A DNA stretch of 63,976 nt, filler included, from Craspedostauros australis (Eukaryota), in the NCBI GenBank assembly GCA_030167865.1. It is 9 parts of 9 records of this genome, joined end to end, with 100 filler letters (N's around TTAATTAATTAA, not from the genome) between each part and the next. Parts side by side here need not be neighbours in the genome. Positions count along the whole stretch, not along the records: positions 35,259 to 49,142 come from JALAGF010001520.1; positions 49,243 to 52,248 come from JALAGF010001521.1; positions 52,349 to 61,378 come from JALAGF010001523.1; 6 more parts are not named here. The stretch is one strand, 5' to 3'. Below, one piece after another: positions 47,459-59,761 of this stretch (the stretch's first letter is position 1; each line of letters starts with the position of its first letter). Made by a program: the position numbers and the translations under genes. The notes beneath the pieces were generated by a model. That model worked only from the letters and a program-made list of their open reading frames with translations. It was not told the DNA's origin and searched no databases.

Positions 47459-48679
47459 TCACTGCATCTTCTTCTGTCCACCCTGCCCAGCCGTCGTTAC
47501 CTGCGGTGTTTGTATGGGCCGCGCTGCGATGACTTCCGACACCATCCATGGATATCCATCCGGCATGGTCTCGACGCACTGCAGTATCTCCCACCCATGT
47601 GCTTCGAGGTAAGGCCGCAAATTCTGTGGACGGCAACCACCGACTCGTTTGCGATGGAATCGATACAAGATCTCCCAAACAAGCGTCATGACGAAGGTCT
47701 GGATGGACCAACGTCGATACCCCCATGTGATGCCGGCCAGAAGCAGAATGCCGCGTTCGGGATGCAACGTCGCCTTGGCGATGTCGAGGACTTGGTACAT
47801 ATCCTGTTCGCAGAGCAGATCCAGACAGTAGGTGGAGACGAAGCGATCGTAGCTGTCATCCAATTGCATGGAGCTTGCTGCGTCTGTCACTTTCTGCTGC
47901 TGCTTTTGTGGTTTCAGTTTTCGATCCTGCACCAGCGAGAGCATCTGTGATGGATCTCCGCCTTCCAAATACTCCACGGAACATACGTCCGCTCCAAACA
48001 CATCCACGCAACGCTCCTGAAACCCCTTGATCATCTCCGGACTTTGATCGATGCCCTTCCAGTGGATTGGCTGTTTACTTGACAACCTCTCACTCGATGC
48101 ATCGCCATACGAACTGCCATTTGCATCTTCCTGCCGTCGTGACAACACCAGCTCTGCCAACTTGCCCGATCCACACCCGAATTCCAAAACGTTCGTGGCA
48201 TGATCCATATCCGCCATCTGCAGCAACGCCGTGATGGCAGGCCCACCGTATCCTGACGCCGCATCCTTGCCTGCTGTCTCATGCTGATGGACTGCGAAGC
48301 TATCGTACACGTCCCTCGCATTCGCGCGGCTCAAGGTTGGTCTGGAATCGAAGGACGGATACGCCAATTGGGACTGCGGCTGTGATGGTGCTTGGGACAA
48401 ACCCGATGAACCGACCGGTGCGCTTGAAGATGGTCGTGACATTGCCACAACGCAGCTGAGCGTGCTCAATCCAATCAAGATGCGCAATCGGTTGCCGATG
48501 GCTGGTTGAACTCGTACTTGCGATCTCATTCGCATGGGCTGCACGATGCTGGATGATCTTGGACGGGTTGGATGGTGCGAGGAGAGAGCATGAGCACTCA
48601 TACTTTGACGACTGGATGTGGACGTCAACGTGGACACGAGCGTGGGCACGAACGTGGACGGAAGAGAGATGAATGACAT
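47459..48679 (-). CDS. Class I SAM-dependent methyltransferase
   Basis: Motif I VLEFGCGSGKLA, post-I GIDQSPEMI, motif II YDRFVSTYCLDLL, motif III LHPERGILLL. The N-terminal extension makes the start uncertain. Confidence 0.88.
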   Translation of the reverse strand: MSFISLPSTFVPTLVSTLTSTSSRQSMSAHALSSHHPTRPRSSSIVQPMRMRSQVRVQPAIGNRLRILIGLSTLSCVVAMSRPSSSAPVGSSGLSQAPSQPQSQLAYPSFDSRPTLSRANARDVYDSFAVHQHETAGKDAASGYGGPAITALLQMADMDHATNVLEFGCGSGKLAELVLSRRQEDANGSSYGDASSERLSSKQPIHWKGIDQSPEMIKGFQERCVDVFGADVCSVEYLEGGDPSQMLSLVQDRKLKPQKQQQKVTDAASSMQLDDSYDRFVSTYCLDLLCEQDMYQVLDIAKATLHPERGILLLAGITWGYRRWSIQTFVMTLVWEILYRFHRKRVGGCRPQNLRPYLEAHGWEILQCVETMPDGYPWMVSEVIAARPIQTPQVTTAGQGGQKKMQ

Positions 48680-49069
48680 GGACGTGTTGGTGTGTCACAG
48701 AGAGAAGATCTTTGTATCGGGTCCCGTTTCTCATGATCGAATCACGTCATATTTCCGATTCTCTTTGTTTGTAGTCGTGCGAGTCCATGATGTGGATTCT
48801 CTGCGTTTCGTGAGTTGTCGTGAACCAACCAATCAACGAAACAACCAACCAAGAGATCTTCGCGAACCAACACATCAATCGACCAACAACATCATCACCA
48901 TCATCATCACCATCATCCTTCAGCGGCACAGACTGAAGACATCTCAGATCACCTGCTCCATCTGTCTCCGATCGTGGACAAAGACAGCGTCAAAAGCCAA
49001 GGGCAAGGGCAACGCGTACCAGTATCCAGTGTCGCAGCCCCAGTCGCAGCCTCAGTCCCAGTCGCAGCC

Positions 49070-49142
49070 ATGCCATCCTCCAAGCTCGACTACCTGTCCA
49101 AGTACGCTGACGTTCCCTCATCGTCCAACAAGTCATCCAACA
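49070..49142 (+). CDS. Possible 5' end of BUD13/CWC26 splicing factor (cut by contig end)
   Basis: 'MPSSKLDYLSKY' resembles the conserved Bud13 N-terminus (SK.+YL.+Y). Good start context (GCCATG). Only 24 codons visible. Confidence 0.45.
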
Positions 49143-49242
49143 NNNNNNNNNNNNNNNNNNNNNNNNNNNNNNNNNNNNNNNNNNNNTTAATTAATTAANN
49201 NNNNNNNNNNNNNNNNNNNNNNNNNNNNNNNNNNNNNNNNNN

Positions 49243-49749
49243 TCAACGAGTTTCTGAATGGTTGTGTTCAGAGTAGAGCATGGATTGCCACACACAAGAA
49301 ACCAACGCTCTTCCTCGTTGCCAACAGCGCGAGTACGCCACGTATCAAAGTGCTCAATTGTTGGCATTATCGTCCGTATTTTTGAGCGGTGGCTGCTGTT
49401 TGGACAGAAAGCAACATGAAGAGACAAGAATCATGCATTGATTGGCACACACAAGTTACAAAAAGAGAGAGATCCGGACAGTCAATCAATAATTGTTGCT
49501 CAGATTGGGCAAAAACGCGAAAACCAATGTTGGTACCACGAGGAAACAAACAGTTTGACGAAACAGTGTGGGCGACAGGAAAGGAAGAAAGCGAATCGTG
49601 ACGTCACGTGGGCATTGGAAAGACCCTAATCCTCACGAAAGTGGCTGTCTCCATTGTGACCAGACCAGTCTCTATTGCGGGGCTCCCCCTGGCATTGAGT
49701 CATCCTGGTGTGTCTCAGTACCCAAGTTCTGGGGCCACTCGAACCCCTC
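49243..49749 (-). mobile_element. Second copy of the putative DNA transposon end at 36025-36530
   Basis: Colinear homology including the ORF start 'MPTIEHFDTWRTRAVGNEEERWFLV' (49367) and the identical terminus CAGTACCCAAGTTCTGGGGCCACTCGAACCCCTC. Confidence 0.8.
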
Positions 49750-50360
49750 CAGTGTGTGTGTGTGTGATGTGAAGTCATTATGACTCATCTCTGTTGTCTC
49801 TGCTGAGACTGTGAACAGGGGTTGGCATTCCGTGTCTTTCGCACGTTGTCAGGAGGATGGTCTGCCCTTCAACCGGTTTTGGCGCCGTTTGATGTCGAGA
49901 ACAAAGCTGTATCAGATGGTGATGTAACTGTAGTAGATTCGGAAGTAAGCTGCGAAGATTGTTTCTGATTGCTTGTTTTATGTGTTAAGCTTCTATTGAT
50001 AGGACGATCGAGTAAAAAGGTAGGGGTTCATGCTGTCGTGCTTCAGCCGTTCTTGTTGTACAGCAACATGTTGTGATGGTTCTGCACACACAGCTGTCCA
50101 GGAATTGCCATCCGTAGAGCAGCACCTGGTCCATTGACATGGATATGCTTCAAGATGCATACAGGTTCTGCGAGATGGTTAGTTGGACAGGTGGCAGGGG
50201 TGCATGAGCTGGAGAGTGAGCAGAGTGTGGATTGTGGTTCAACTACACATCATGTGCGCGGTAGTCTTTCATCACAGTATCGGTTTCGGATACCGGGTAC
50301 CGTGTACGCGACATGGACAATTGAGTCCCGGATAAGTCCCGGAACAAGTCTGTCCCAACT

Positions 50361-51663
50361 CTCCCTCTTGGCGTAGTGCGAAGCATGTCCCTGGTGTAAA
50401 AACCTCCATCGTTCGATCAACAGTTCACAATTTGTGTTGCTGTTACCATCCCATGAGCATCCGGCGCAGATGCTCGAATGCATCCCGCGCAAGGCCCTTG
50501 GTGAAGATATCAGCGATCTGGTGTGGTGTTGGTACGTGTAGGATTCAGATGAAGCCCTCTTTGACCCAATGCCAAAAGAAGTGCCATTTGGTTAGAAAGT
50601 GTTTGGTTTGCGCGGTGACCTTGTGGTTTGTGGCCAGCGAAATGCACGCTTCGTTGTCTTCAAAAACAGTGCATTGGATGTTGGTCTGTAGTGGTTGATT
50701 CAGGCTAGTTGATGCGTTCACTTCGTTGATGAGCTGCTGCATTGGGATGAGGGCGCGCATGGCGAGAGACAGTGCAGCGTACTCCGGCTCCATCGTGGAT
50801 AGAGCGATCTCCGTCTGTAGTTTCGATTTCCACACAAGCGGACAGCCACCAAGGATGATGACGTATCCCGTGCGAGAGCGTACTGCGTTTGGTGACTCAT
50901 CGGATTCGTGCTTGTATAGGCCAGCAAAATCGGCGTCAACATAGCATTCCAGGTTGAGTTAGCCCGTTGGCCGGACGATGGTTCCCATCATGTTGGTGTG
51001 ACGGAGGTAGCGCACTATCATTTTGACGGCCTTTGCATGTGACTGGCGCAGGTCGTTGCTGAATCGGGCCACCTGAGAGACGGCGTAGGCCAGGTCAGGA
51101 CGTGTGTTCATAGTCAAATAGAGCAGCATACCGACAATGGAGCAGTAGTTCCATGCTTCCTTCATCGGGGGTTGGTCAGTTGATGCCCCAAGCGCCAGTT
51201 GTGTTGTGGGAGTCACGTTGGGCTTGCAGTCCTGCATGCCAGTGGCCTCGATGATTTTGTTGATGAGGCCGGTTTGCTTGAGGTGGATGGTGTTGGCCTT
51301 GGGGTCTTTGTGAAGGGATATCCCCAAGAACTCCGTGAACGTGCCTTCTCGTGTGAGGTCACACCTGCGCTTGTGCATGGATTCAATGAATGCGTCTGCT
51401 TCTCCTTCCGTACGTGAGGCGATGCCAGCATCGTCCACGTAGAGAACGATCATCATTCCATCGCGCATGAACAGGCACCTCTCCTGGTCACATGCGTGAA
51501 ACCCTTCTGCGAGGAGGGCGTGCACGAGGTGTTGGTACCATAGCTTGGGAGCTATAGTCAGCCCGTACAGGCTTTTGACCAGTTTGAGGCACATGTTGGA
51601 TCCATTCGTAGATCGGAGGCTGCGAGGGAGGTGTAAGTAGACGGGTCGGTGGATGTCGGCTTG
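50361..51663 (-). mobile_element. Degenerate Ty1/copia RT-RNase H fragment (different lineage from 20929-25360)
   Basis: QADIHRPVY, KSLYGL, LYVDD, TRPDLAYAVSQ, CYVDADFAG, WKSKLQTEIALST, VFEDN, QIADIFTKGL...MGW* (stop at 50443). Internal stops at 50959 and 50545. PPT-like AAGAGGGAG at 50361-50369. A 3' LTR may run from about 50360 to 49983. Confidence 0.9.
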
Positions 51664-52248
51664 TGTTGGCAAGTTCCGCTCACGGAAGCCTACGATCGTG
51701 GAAGACGGTGTTGGTTGATAGTCGTTTCATTTGCTATTTCATTAGTTGAGCACTCCGATCCTCTCAGTGTCTCCGTTCTCTTGCCCAATGCTCTCGGCGC
51801 GTTTGTCTGTTTTGTAGATTGGGTCGTCCGACTATGAGTCGGTACGCGAGATGCTCTCTTGCTACTCTTCGTATTCTCTCTCTTCTCAATGTTATGTGTT
51901 CATGTTACACAATACTCCGTGTTCGATGCATACTCCGCATTCAACACTCCATGAGTTCATCGCTGGTTTCTACTCCACAAGTACTTACCACTTGAACTCC
52001 TCTTCGTGTATCCATGATCTCGATGCCCTTCGGTCATCGAATCTTCACCTTCTGCTTCTGACATGGAGACAGATGTCGACATGGTGACATGATGACATCC
52101 TGTCGACGTCAGCTGTCGCCTGTCTTGTTCCTCCAGATGTCACGTTCCATCGATGATGCGATGGTCTGTCAGATGATATCGTCATCTGGGGTTTAGTTGG
52201 GAGGTACATCGAGCTTCGCTCGATACCATACGTTTCCATTGATGGATG
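51664..52248. mobile_element. Second copy of the LTR-like element at 31838-32632, inserted in copia RT and cut by contig end
   Basis: Same terminus TGTTGGCAAGTTCCGCTCACGG, colinear over about 570 bp with scattered substitutions. Confidence 0.88.
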
Positions 52249-52348
52249 NNNNNNNNNNNNNNNNNNNNNNNNNNNNNNNNNNNNNNNNNNNNTTAATTAA
52301 TTAANNNNNNNNNNNNNNNNNNNNNNNNNNNNNNNNNNNNNNNNNNNN

Positions 52349-52460
52349 AATGTCACTTCGATGAAAGTAACACCACTTCGATGAAAGTAATGTCACTTCG
52401 ATGAAAGTAACACCACTTCGATGAAAGTAACAGGACTTCGATGAAAGTAACAATACTACG
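52349..52460. repeat. 20-bp tandem array: invariant ACTTCGATGAAAGTAA plus variable 4-mer
   Basis: Five full units at 52351-52450 with 4-mers TGTC, CACC, TGTC, CACC, CAGG, and a degenerate sixth. The array runs off the contig edge. Confidence 0.92.
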
Positions 52461-52910
52461 CTTAACGTCTATAACGTCTAGTTAACGTCGTGACACACGG
52501 GCTCGGTCTCCCCGTCCGACTCATTGGGGTTTTGACGTGGTTGTGAACGGGACCGGACTGATTGGAGTCTTGCGCATGTGGTCTCCGCGAACTTTCGGCG
52601 AAATTCCCGTGTCTTGCAGAATGCTGTCACAGGCAGAACGGATGGATCGTTGCTCCCCAAACAACCCCATGACATCGAAACACTGTCCTTTGCGTCCGCA
52701 TTCGAGTAAACCACACATTGTAATGGAGCGGGGTACTCTACACTCGTGTGCAGACGTCACTTGCAACACCCAACTTGCAACACCCAACTTGCAATACATA
52801 ATCGCTGACCACGCCCTCAGCGTTGCATGCTTTGACAGAGAAACAGCGGTTGTGATCAAGGAATCGCCATTGTGCCGCACATCAACAGGAACTAATCGAA
52901 GCGCATCGTC

Positions 52911-54541
52911 ATGGCGCAAAGCAGCACGACTTGCGTCATGAACCACTCTCATGAAACGAAAAGGACAGCAAGCAAGGTGTCCGTGGCATTGCATGTCGTT
53001 GTGCTTGTGTTGCTCATCGTCAACATGATCACTCTGTTAAGAACGAGCGCGAAGCCGGCTGCCACCGCACTGGATTACGGTTGTATCACAGGACTAAATC
53101 AAACGGTGGCAAACACCATATCAACGACTGCGGCGCATGGTGACGATGTTACAGACGCAAGCACGAAGAATCGCATCCCATCTCACAATGCAACCAAACC
53201 ACCACGGCTCAGGATTGCTCTGCTGGCCTCATTCGTGGCGGAACCGCAGAGGGACGGAACCATGGGCAAGTTCACGATGCATCAGAACATCATCAACAAG
53301 GCATGCTACGCCAAGATATGGGACTATGATTTCATCTTCTATCTGAAGGACATGTTCAACGAGGAAGACAAGGAGAAGGCACCATGGCTCAATTTTGCCG
53401 GATGGAACCGCGTTCCGCAGATCCAGGCGATCCTTGATGATTACGACTGGGTGTTGTACGGAGATCTGGATCACACGTTCCGTGACTTGTCGCGTCCGTT
53501 GGAATCCTTCCTGAACGAGTTCGAACTGTACAACCACCACCCCAGCGTCTTCCTCCCAAATGATGCGATGCCCAACTTCTTCACTTTCTCCACGTACGCC
53601 ATGCTTCTCAAAAACGACGCATTTGGGCATAAGCTGCTGAAGAACTGGATGAAGTTCGGCCGTGGTATGTGCCCCAATGGCAACATTCCAATGAAATTCT
53701 TGGCAAAAGGCAGACCTAAGTACAGCTGGGAGCACAGCGGTGAGTATTGTTCGTGCAACGTGACGTGGGTTGGCGCAATTGCATGCGTCTTTCATGATTG
53801 GCGCTTTGCTGTCATGCGTCAATCATGTCTTGAAAGAGGACTTGGATATGGAAGGTATCTTGCTCGCCGGTGGCCACTGGGCCCATCGTCGTGGTTCGAT
53901 GCTGTGTGCAAGTGAACGATAGTGTACAGCTATCGTTTCCACCCTGTCTTGCTCGCGATCGCTCTCTCTTTCTCTCTCTCACACACACACACTACCCATT
54001 CGCGCGTACACGTGTGCCCAACCTCTCGACGATCACACCAATTGCGACAATACACGCACGCACGCACGCACGCGCAGACCAACCGGGCCTGTGGTATGCT
54101 CTGGTGCGGACGTATCAGGATTTTCACAACACCGGCAAAATACCACAGGTTTGCAACAAAGAGACAGGCTACATCGCCACGGAAAGAGCCTTCGGACCTG
54201 AGACGAATATATACTTCCGAGAACTTGGCACGGCCCTTGGCCACGACCGTCTGCCGTTGCTGAAGATGAGGAAGAACCAAGAGATCATCTGGTCCACCGA
54301 CATAGGCAGGGAAGCTTCGCATGATTGGGGTGGCCTGGGTTTGCAGATGAACTGGGGCAGGCATGTCGATGAACAAATGCGAAACCGTGCTTTCGCGTTG
54401 CATCAGAAGAAGGATATGGATGAGGATTACCTGGATGAACTCAGGATGTGCAAAGAGAATCATGGTTGCTTTTCTGAATACAACAAAGAGGGCAAGTTGG
54501 AGGTCGGCTGCAACGGGAGGAGCTTCACCGTCGTGCAATGA
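52911..54541 (+). CDS. GT34-like (GMA12/MNN10 family) type II membrane glycosyltransferase, 2 exons: 52911-53739 and 54078-54541
   Basis: TM 'VALHVVVLVLLIVNMITLL'; NKACYAKIWDYDF; WNRVPQI; YDWVLYGDLD (DxD). Intron GTGAGT(53740)..GCAG(54077) restores 'WEHSDQPGLW'. Confidence 0.85.
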
Positions 54542-55180
54542 TCGCGCCGCAAGATCAAATCGGATCAGCTGGGACAGACTGATTGGGTACGAGGGGGCCG
54601 CTCTGGCAGGCAAGTCTTATCCAAACGACGGTTGCTGCAGACAACGCATGCAGAGGAGATGGCACAACCACGCAGCTCGGGCACCCAGGCACCGTCAAGC
54701 CATGCGATGCGAAAACGCATCATCAGTCATCTTGGTTGAGAAGGCGCCACGTTACCAAGAGTTAATCGATATTCTGCGCCCCAGGCGTCCCGAAACTCGA
54801 TTTTCATGCTCCGAGGCAAGGCACTCCCACTGTTCTGTTTTCCGCACTGCATGAACAGCAACAATGCACAGTAATAACATGATTAGTGTTGTTGTTGTTG
54901 TCGTTGTTGTCGATAACTTCCGTGAGAGTACAAGCGTATGCGCACAATACATTTAGTCCTCTGCTCTGTTCGATTACAGTTCTTCCCCCTCTCCCCCGGA
55001 GATCAATCTTTCCGGCCGACTGGCGGTGTCGCCGGCGCAGCCATCCTGCTTCCCTTACGCAAAAACAAATATCCGAATTGTCGTGTCCGCGCCTCTTCAT
55101 TCAGTCAATGAATCTTCAGTTGCCATGAAGACCAGAGTGCACACACGAGTAGATCACGAACGACAGTATCACCAATCGCA

Positions 55181-58100
55181 TCATGCGAACGTCTCCACCA
55201 TCTCAGCCACGATCTCCTCTCCCTTCAGCTCCCACTCCGCTCTGTTGCTCATGGCGTAGTTCAAGAACTCGTCGCTCGACACGCCGAATACACCACATTC
55301 ACTCAGCTTCTTCGCCAACGGGATGATGTAGTTGTCGTAGAACCACAGCTCGCCCTTGTACCAACCCTTCGACGGGTCCTGCTTGACGCGTCCCGACTGG
55401 AACGCGGAGTACATCTCTTCGAACAGCCTGCGGTTCCACTTCTGGTAGACGTGCCAGTGCTGCATGGTGTGACTCACATCGGCCGCCTGGATGATGTGCT
55501 CGATGACGATGGTTGCTCTGAGGTCTGACTCGTCGGATGCCGGCATCGACACCGACGACGCACTGCTGGCCACTGTCGAATTGGAGGACGCAAATGCCTT
55601 CACCCAGCGCCTGTTGCGCATCTCGTTCAGCTCAGGATCGAAGATGTCGGTCGCCATGACGGAGTTGACTAGCAGCTGCTGGAAGCGTTTCTGGTCATCC
55701 TCATGATCCGCGAACAGGCACTTGCGCAAGGCGCCGTACCCTGGGTCCATCAGCAATCCCCAGGCAAGGTCAACAGAGTTCTGCTCTGCGATGCTCTTGT
55801 TGTTGTAGAGCGCGGCCATTGTATCGCGCTCATGGATGAGCTGACCGTTGGGCACTCCCGGATGGTCGACGTCATGGATCATGGCCGAAAAGACGCAGGC
55901 GAAGTGGGTGAGGGGATCAGATGTGATTCCGTAGGTGTAGTCGTGCAACTTGGCGGCCACGCGCATCTTGTTGGTCTTCTTCTTTCCGTTGGCAGTGCGC
56001 ATCTGGTACAGCCTGTCATTCTCGCCGTCCTGTTCGGTCATGTCGATATCATCAGCTGCCACGATGCGAGAGAGAATCTTGTTGGCGGACAGCGTAACGT
56101 GACTCGCATGGTCGAAGTTGTGGAAGGGGTTGTCATGGTAGGAGCAGGCAATCTTGGTGATGTAATCGCGCAGCTGGTCCTGGACGTTGCGCTTGAGGAC
56201 GATGTCGTCCGGATGCACGATCTGGATGCTCGCTCTATCGAACTGCGGCAAGTGGATGGATTCGACGTACATGTCGCGTGGATGGCGCACACCGTCGGTG
56301 AGGATGCTGTGCGGGATGCCATCGAAATCCTTTGGTTGGCTGTTCTTGTTGGCCAGACTAATGGCCGTGTTCGCCAGAGTGACAGGATTCACCTTGCCCA
56401 ACAGCACCTGCGCCTTGCTCTGTCTCAATGATAGTCGTTTGGCGACGATGTTGCGCAGCGTGCGCGACAGCAGATCGACGTTCCAATCGATCAGTCGCTT
56501 CATGTTGGGTGACAGCATCTGATGGGCCCCCATGTCACTCATGCTGTTGCGTCCTCCGGAGTAGTTTCCAGCGCTCGTCATGCGTCCGAGCGTTGCCTTG
56601 GGCATCGCACCTGGGAAGGGTGACTTCATGCGGTTGCCCGTGGATATGTTGTCGTCATCATCATCGTCGGAGGATGCATGAGAGCTGATTTCACCAGCAT
56701 ATCGGTACGACGATGCGTCCGTGCCAGTGCTGCCTGTGACCACCGAAGACATGCCAGACTGCTGCGGCATTCCGACGCCCTTGGGGTGGACCCAGAATGT
56801 TTGCACGATGCCCTTGCCCTTGGCATGGATCTCATCCTGTCGTGGCTGGATCCAGTTCCTCTTGCCAGCCTCGACCAGCAAGTCAGCAGTGCTCTGCGAG
56901 CATTGGATTCGGTTGGGTTTTCCGTTGCTTTCCATGCGCGATGCGGTGTTGACCGTGTCACCGAAGAGCTGGAATCTGGACTTTTGTCCTCTCAGAACAC
57001 CCGCGGTGACAGGACCGGAATGCATGCCAATGCGCAAGCCCAAGTCGGATGTATCGGGACCGAGCTCCAACTCCAGTTGATTCGTGACGGAGGTCATACG
57101 CACGAGGATGTCGCCAGCGAATTTGACCATGATGACGGCATGATCGGCCTGCGGATCCGGAAGTCCTGTGACAGCGACGTAACAGTCACCGATGGTTTCG
57201 ACCTTGAAGACACGCCGACGTTCCGCGAGGCCATCGAAGGAACCATAGAGCGTCTCCAACAACGTGAAAACCTGGAATGCATGGAATAAAGGAAGCAAGT
57301 GCAAGGTGGAGCCAGAATGAACATGTGGACGTTTTGTGTGCAGAGATGACATGAGGGTGGTGTGAGATGGGCAACGTCAACCCAAGTTGGGTCGCATGAG
57401 TTTATCTTGCGCTTGGCGCATACACGCCGACTCCAAAAATGGATCGGCGGCAAATCACAAGGAGCGACAGTGTTCAAAGGCATTGCCATACACTATCACA
57501 GCACGATATTTGCAACTGACCTGACTCGGTTCGCGACTGCTGGACCACGCGGTGAAACCGGCAATATCGGCAAAGAGAACGGTGGTGTGTGGAAAGAGGT
57601 CGGCGATGGGCTTCGACTTGACGACGATGGCAGGCATCGACGCGACGCTGCGATTGTCGCCACCGGCGTTGGCGCGTGGTTGCTTCGACGAGGATGTCTG
57701 CTGCTCCTTGGAGAGGAATCCTTTGAGTTTGGTCTTTTGCGAGACGAAGGGTCCCAGCGACACGCCGGCACCTTCCTCGTTGCCGCCTGCATTGTCGTCG
57801 CCGTTGTTGTTCTTGCGACTACGAGCATCCTCGTCACCCTCGTGGAAGAGACGGTCGCGGACGTTCTGGGGGAAGAGGGACGAGACGATTTGGTGCGACT
57901 TGGTGGCCGTTTTGAGGACCTTGCGTTGTCGCTGTTCCACGAGGACATCGTATCCGAGGAAGACCAGCGAGGTGATGATGAAGACTACGATGACCAAGGC
58001 CGTGTAGACCAGCGGGTTGGCGGTGAGGAAGTCCTGCTGGATGGATCTCGTGGGGTAGACGCGGATATTAAACGGGCAGAACGTCTCGTTGAATTTGATG

Positions 58101-59761
58101 CCGGAGTAGAGTCGGAGCTCGTGCTCCGTCTCAAGACCATCAGGGTTCAAGACCGCCGCGCTTCCACCGTTCCCTCGGGCCACCGCGCTGGCGGTCGAGG
58201 AGAGATCCAGTTCGGACTTGAGGTTGTTGAAGTCTGAGTCGTGACGATCGCCAATGCCTTCGTATTCGACCCGTAGATCGTCGTTGATGAAGAAGGTGTA
58301 GGAGGTCTCGACTTCTCCTGTGGCGTAGATGGGAACCCCGACGCCTCCGTAACCATTGCCGCAGGGGTTGGTGAGGACGATCTGCATGCCCGCCGCGTCC
58401 GGCGAGAGGTTGGTCGGTTGCAGGAAGACGTCCCAATTGACCGTGCCCCACAATATCGCGACGGTTTGTTTGGCGTGCACGACAGGAAAGAGCAGCGACG
58501 ATCGCAGCACCGCCGCATTGGTAATCTGTCCGTTCGTGGATTTGTCGAGCGAAGCCGCATCCAGCAGGGGCGTCAACTTGGCCGTCTGCGTCGTGTCGAC
58601 CGAGTGGACGGTGGACGTTGAGCGGGGCTTTCGACCGTCGCGTGATCTGGCTTCGTCGAAACCCGCAAAATTGAGGTTGACGACTCCGGGGATCGGAGGC
58701 GCGTGCTGCCAGGCCGGGAAGAAGGGAGCGTTGGCATCCTCCTCGGGCGTTCCTGGCGTCGAGTTCTGCACGCGGTGGATGCGCGGCAGGGTGGCCACGA
58801 ATGAATCGGGCGTGACGGGCTGCTTGGTGATCGGGTCCGACCTGTTGTAGTACGCCATGCTGGGCGGCAACCAAGTCTGCACGTTGTCCTGGACGTAGGC
58901 CTCGTAGCCTTCCCGATTGTCGGCGGTGACCTTGGGGATAAAGACGAGGCCGGAGAGCTGCGCCCAGTCCATGAGGGAGCCAGCTCGTTGAGCGAAGTCG
59001 GCCACGGTGACGTTGGGCCACGCGGTGGGGTCGATGCGCTTCTGCTCGGCCACGACGGAGACAGCGAAATGGTCCATGGCCCGCAGGGCGGAATGGAAGT
59101 GGAGCGTGACAGAGTCCAGGACCGTCGCTCCCTGGTTGACCATCTCATCCTCGAAGTCCTCCTGTTCGGACGATCTGCCCGTGACGTAGATGATGATGGA
59201 GATGGTGCCCGTGGCCAGGAAGAGGGCCGAGAAGACGATGATGCGCACCCATTTGATCTGGCGCGTCTCCTTGCGTCCCAGCGCCGGATGCACGGAGCGA
59301 CGCCTGCGCGTTTCGCCAGCGACGCTGAAGCTGGCGCTGCTGCTGTCGTTGTTGCCACTGCGCGCGCCGCTGCTGCTGGAGCGGGAGAGTCCGTTGTCGG
59401 ATCGGAAGTCGGAGTCTTGGTCCTTGTCGTCGCCGTAGCCGTAGTCCTGCACATCTCTGTCGCTGTTGTTGTTGTTACTGTTAGTATTGTTATTGTTGTG
59501 GTTCATGTTGCTACTGCTGCTGTTGTGCATATCATTGTGAACGCGGTTGGCCTGCGATGAAGACGTGGCATCCGCACGACGAGGAGAAGATAATGGGTCG
59601 AAGCCCTCCATGACAACAACCTGCCCTGGATGTCTCTCCGCTCGAGGAGAATGGTTCTGATGGTTGGATTTGCCGCCGTTCATGCGGTTCATGCCGTTCG
59701 TGCCACCTTGGAGGGAGACAGCTGCGCCAGTTGACGAGACGGTCGTGGCGTGAGACACCAT
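55181..59761 (-). CDS. Membrane class III nucleotidyl cyclase - class I phosphodiesterase fusion, 2 exons: 59761-57521 and 57271-55181, 1443 aa
   Basis: Two TM segments flank a CHASE-like extracellular region. Cyclase motifs VLFADIAGFT, KVETIGDCY, RIGMHSGPV, LFGDTVNTASRMES. PDE motifs FHNFDHASHV, HDVDHPG, VMATD, AADVSH. Intron GTCAGT(57520)..CCAG(57272) restores 'REPSQVFTLLE'. Confidence 0.93.

Noticed and set aside
52351..52450. CRISPR-like repeat/spacer pattern
   Set aside because: Variable parts are only 4 nt and recur, there are no cas genes, and the context is eukaryotic.
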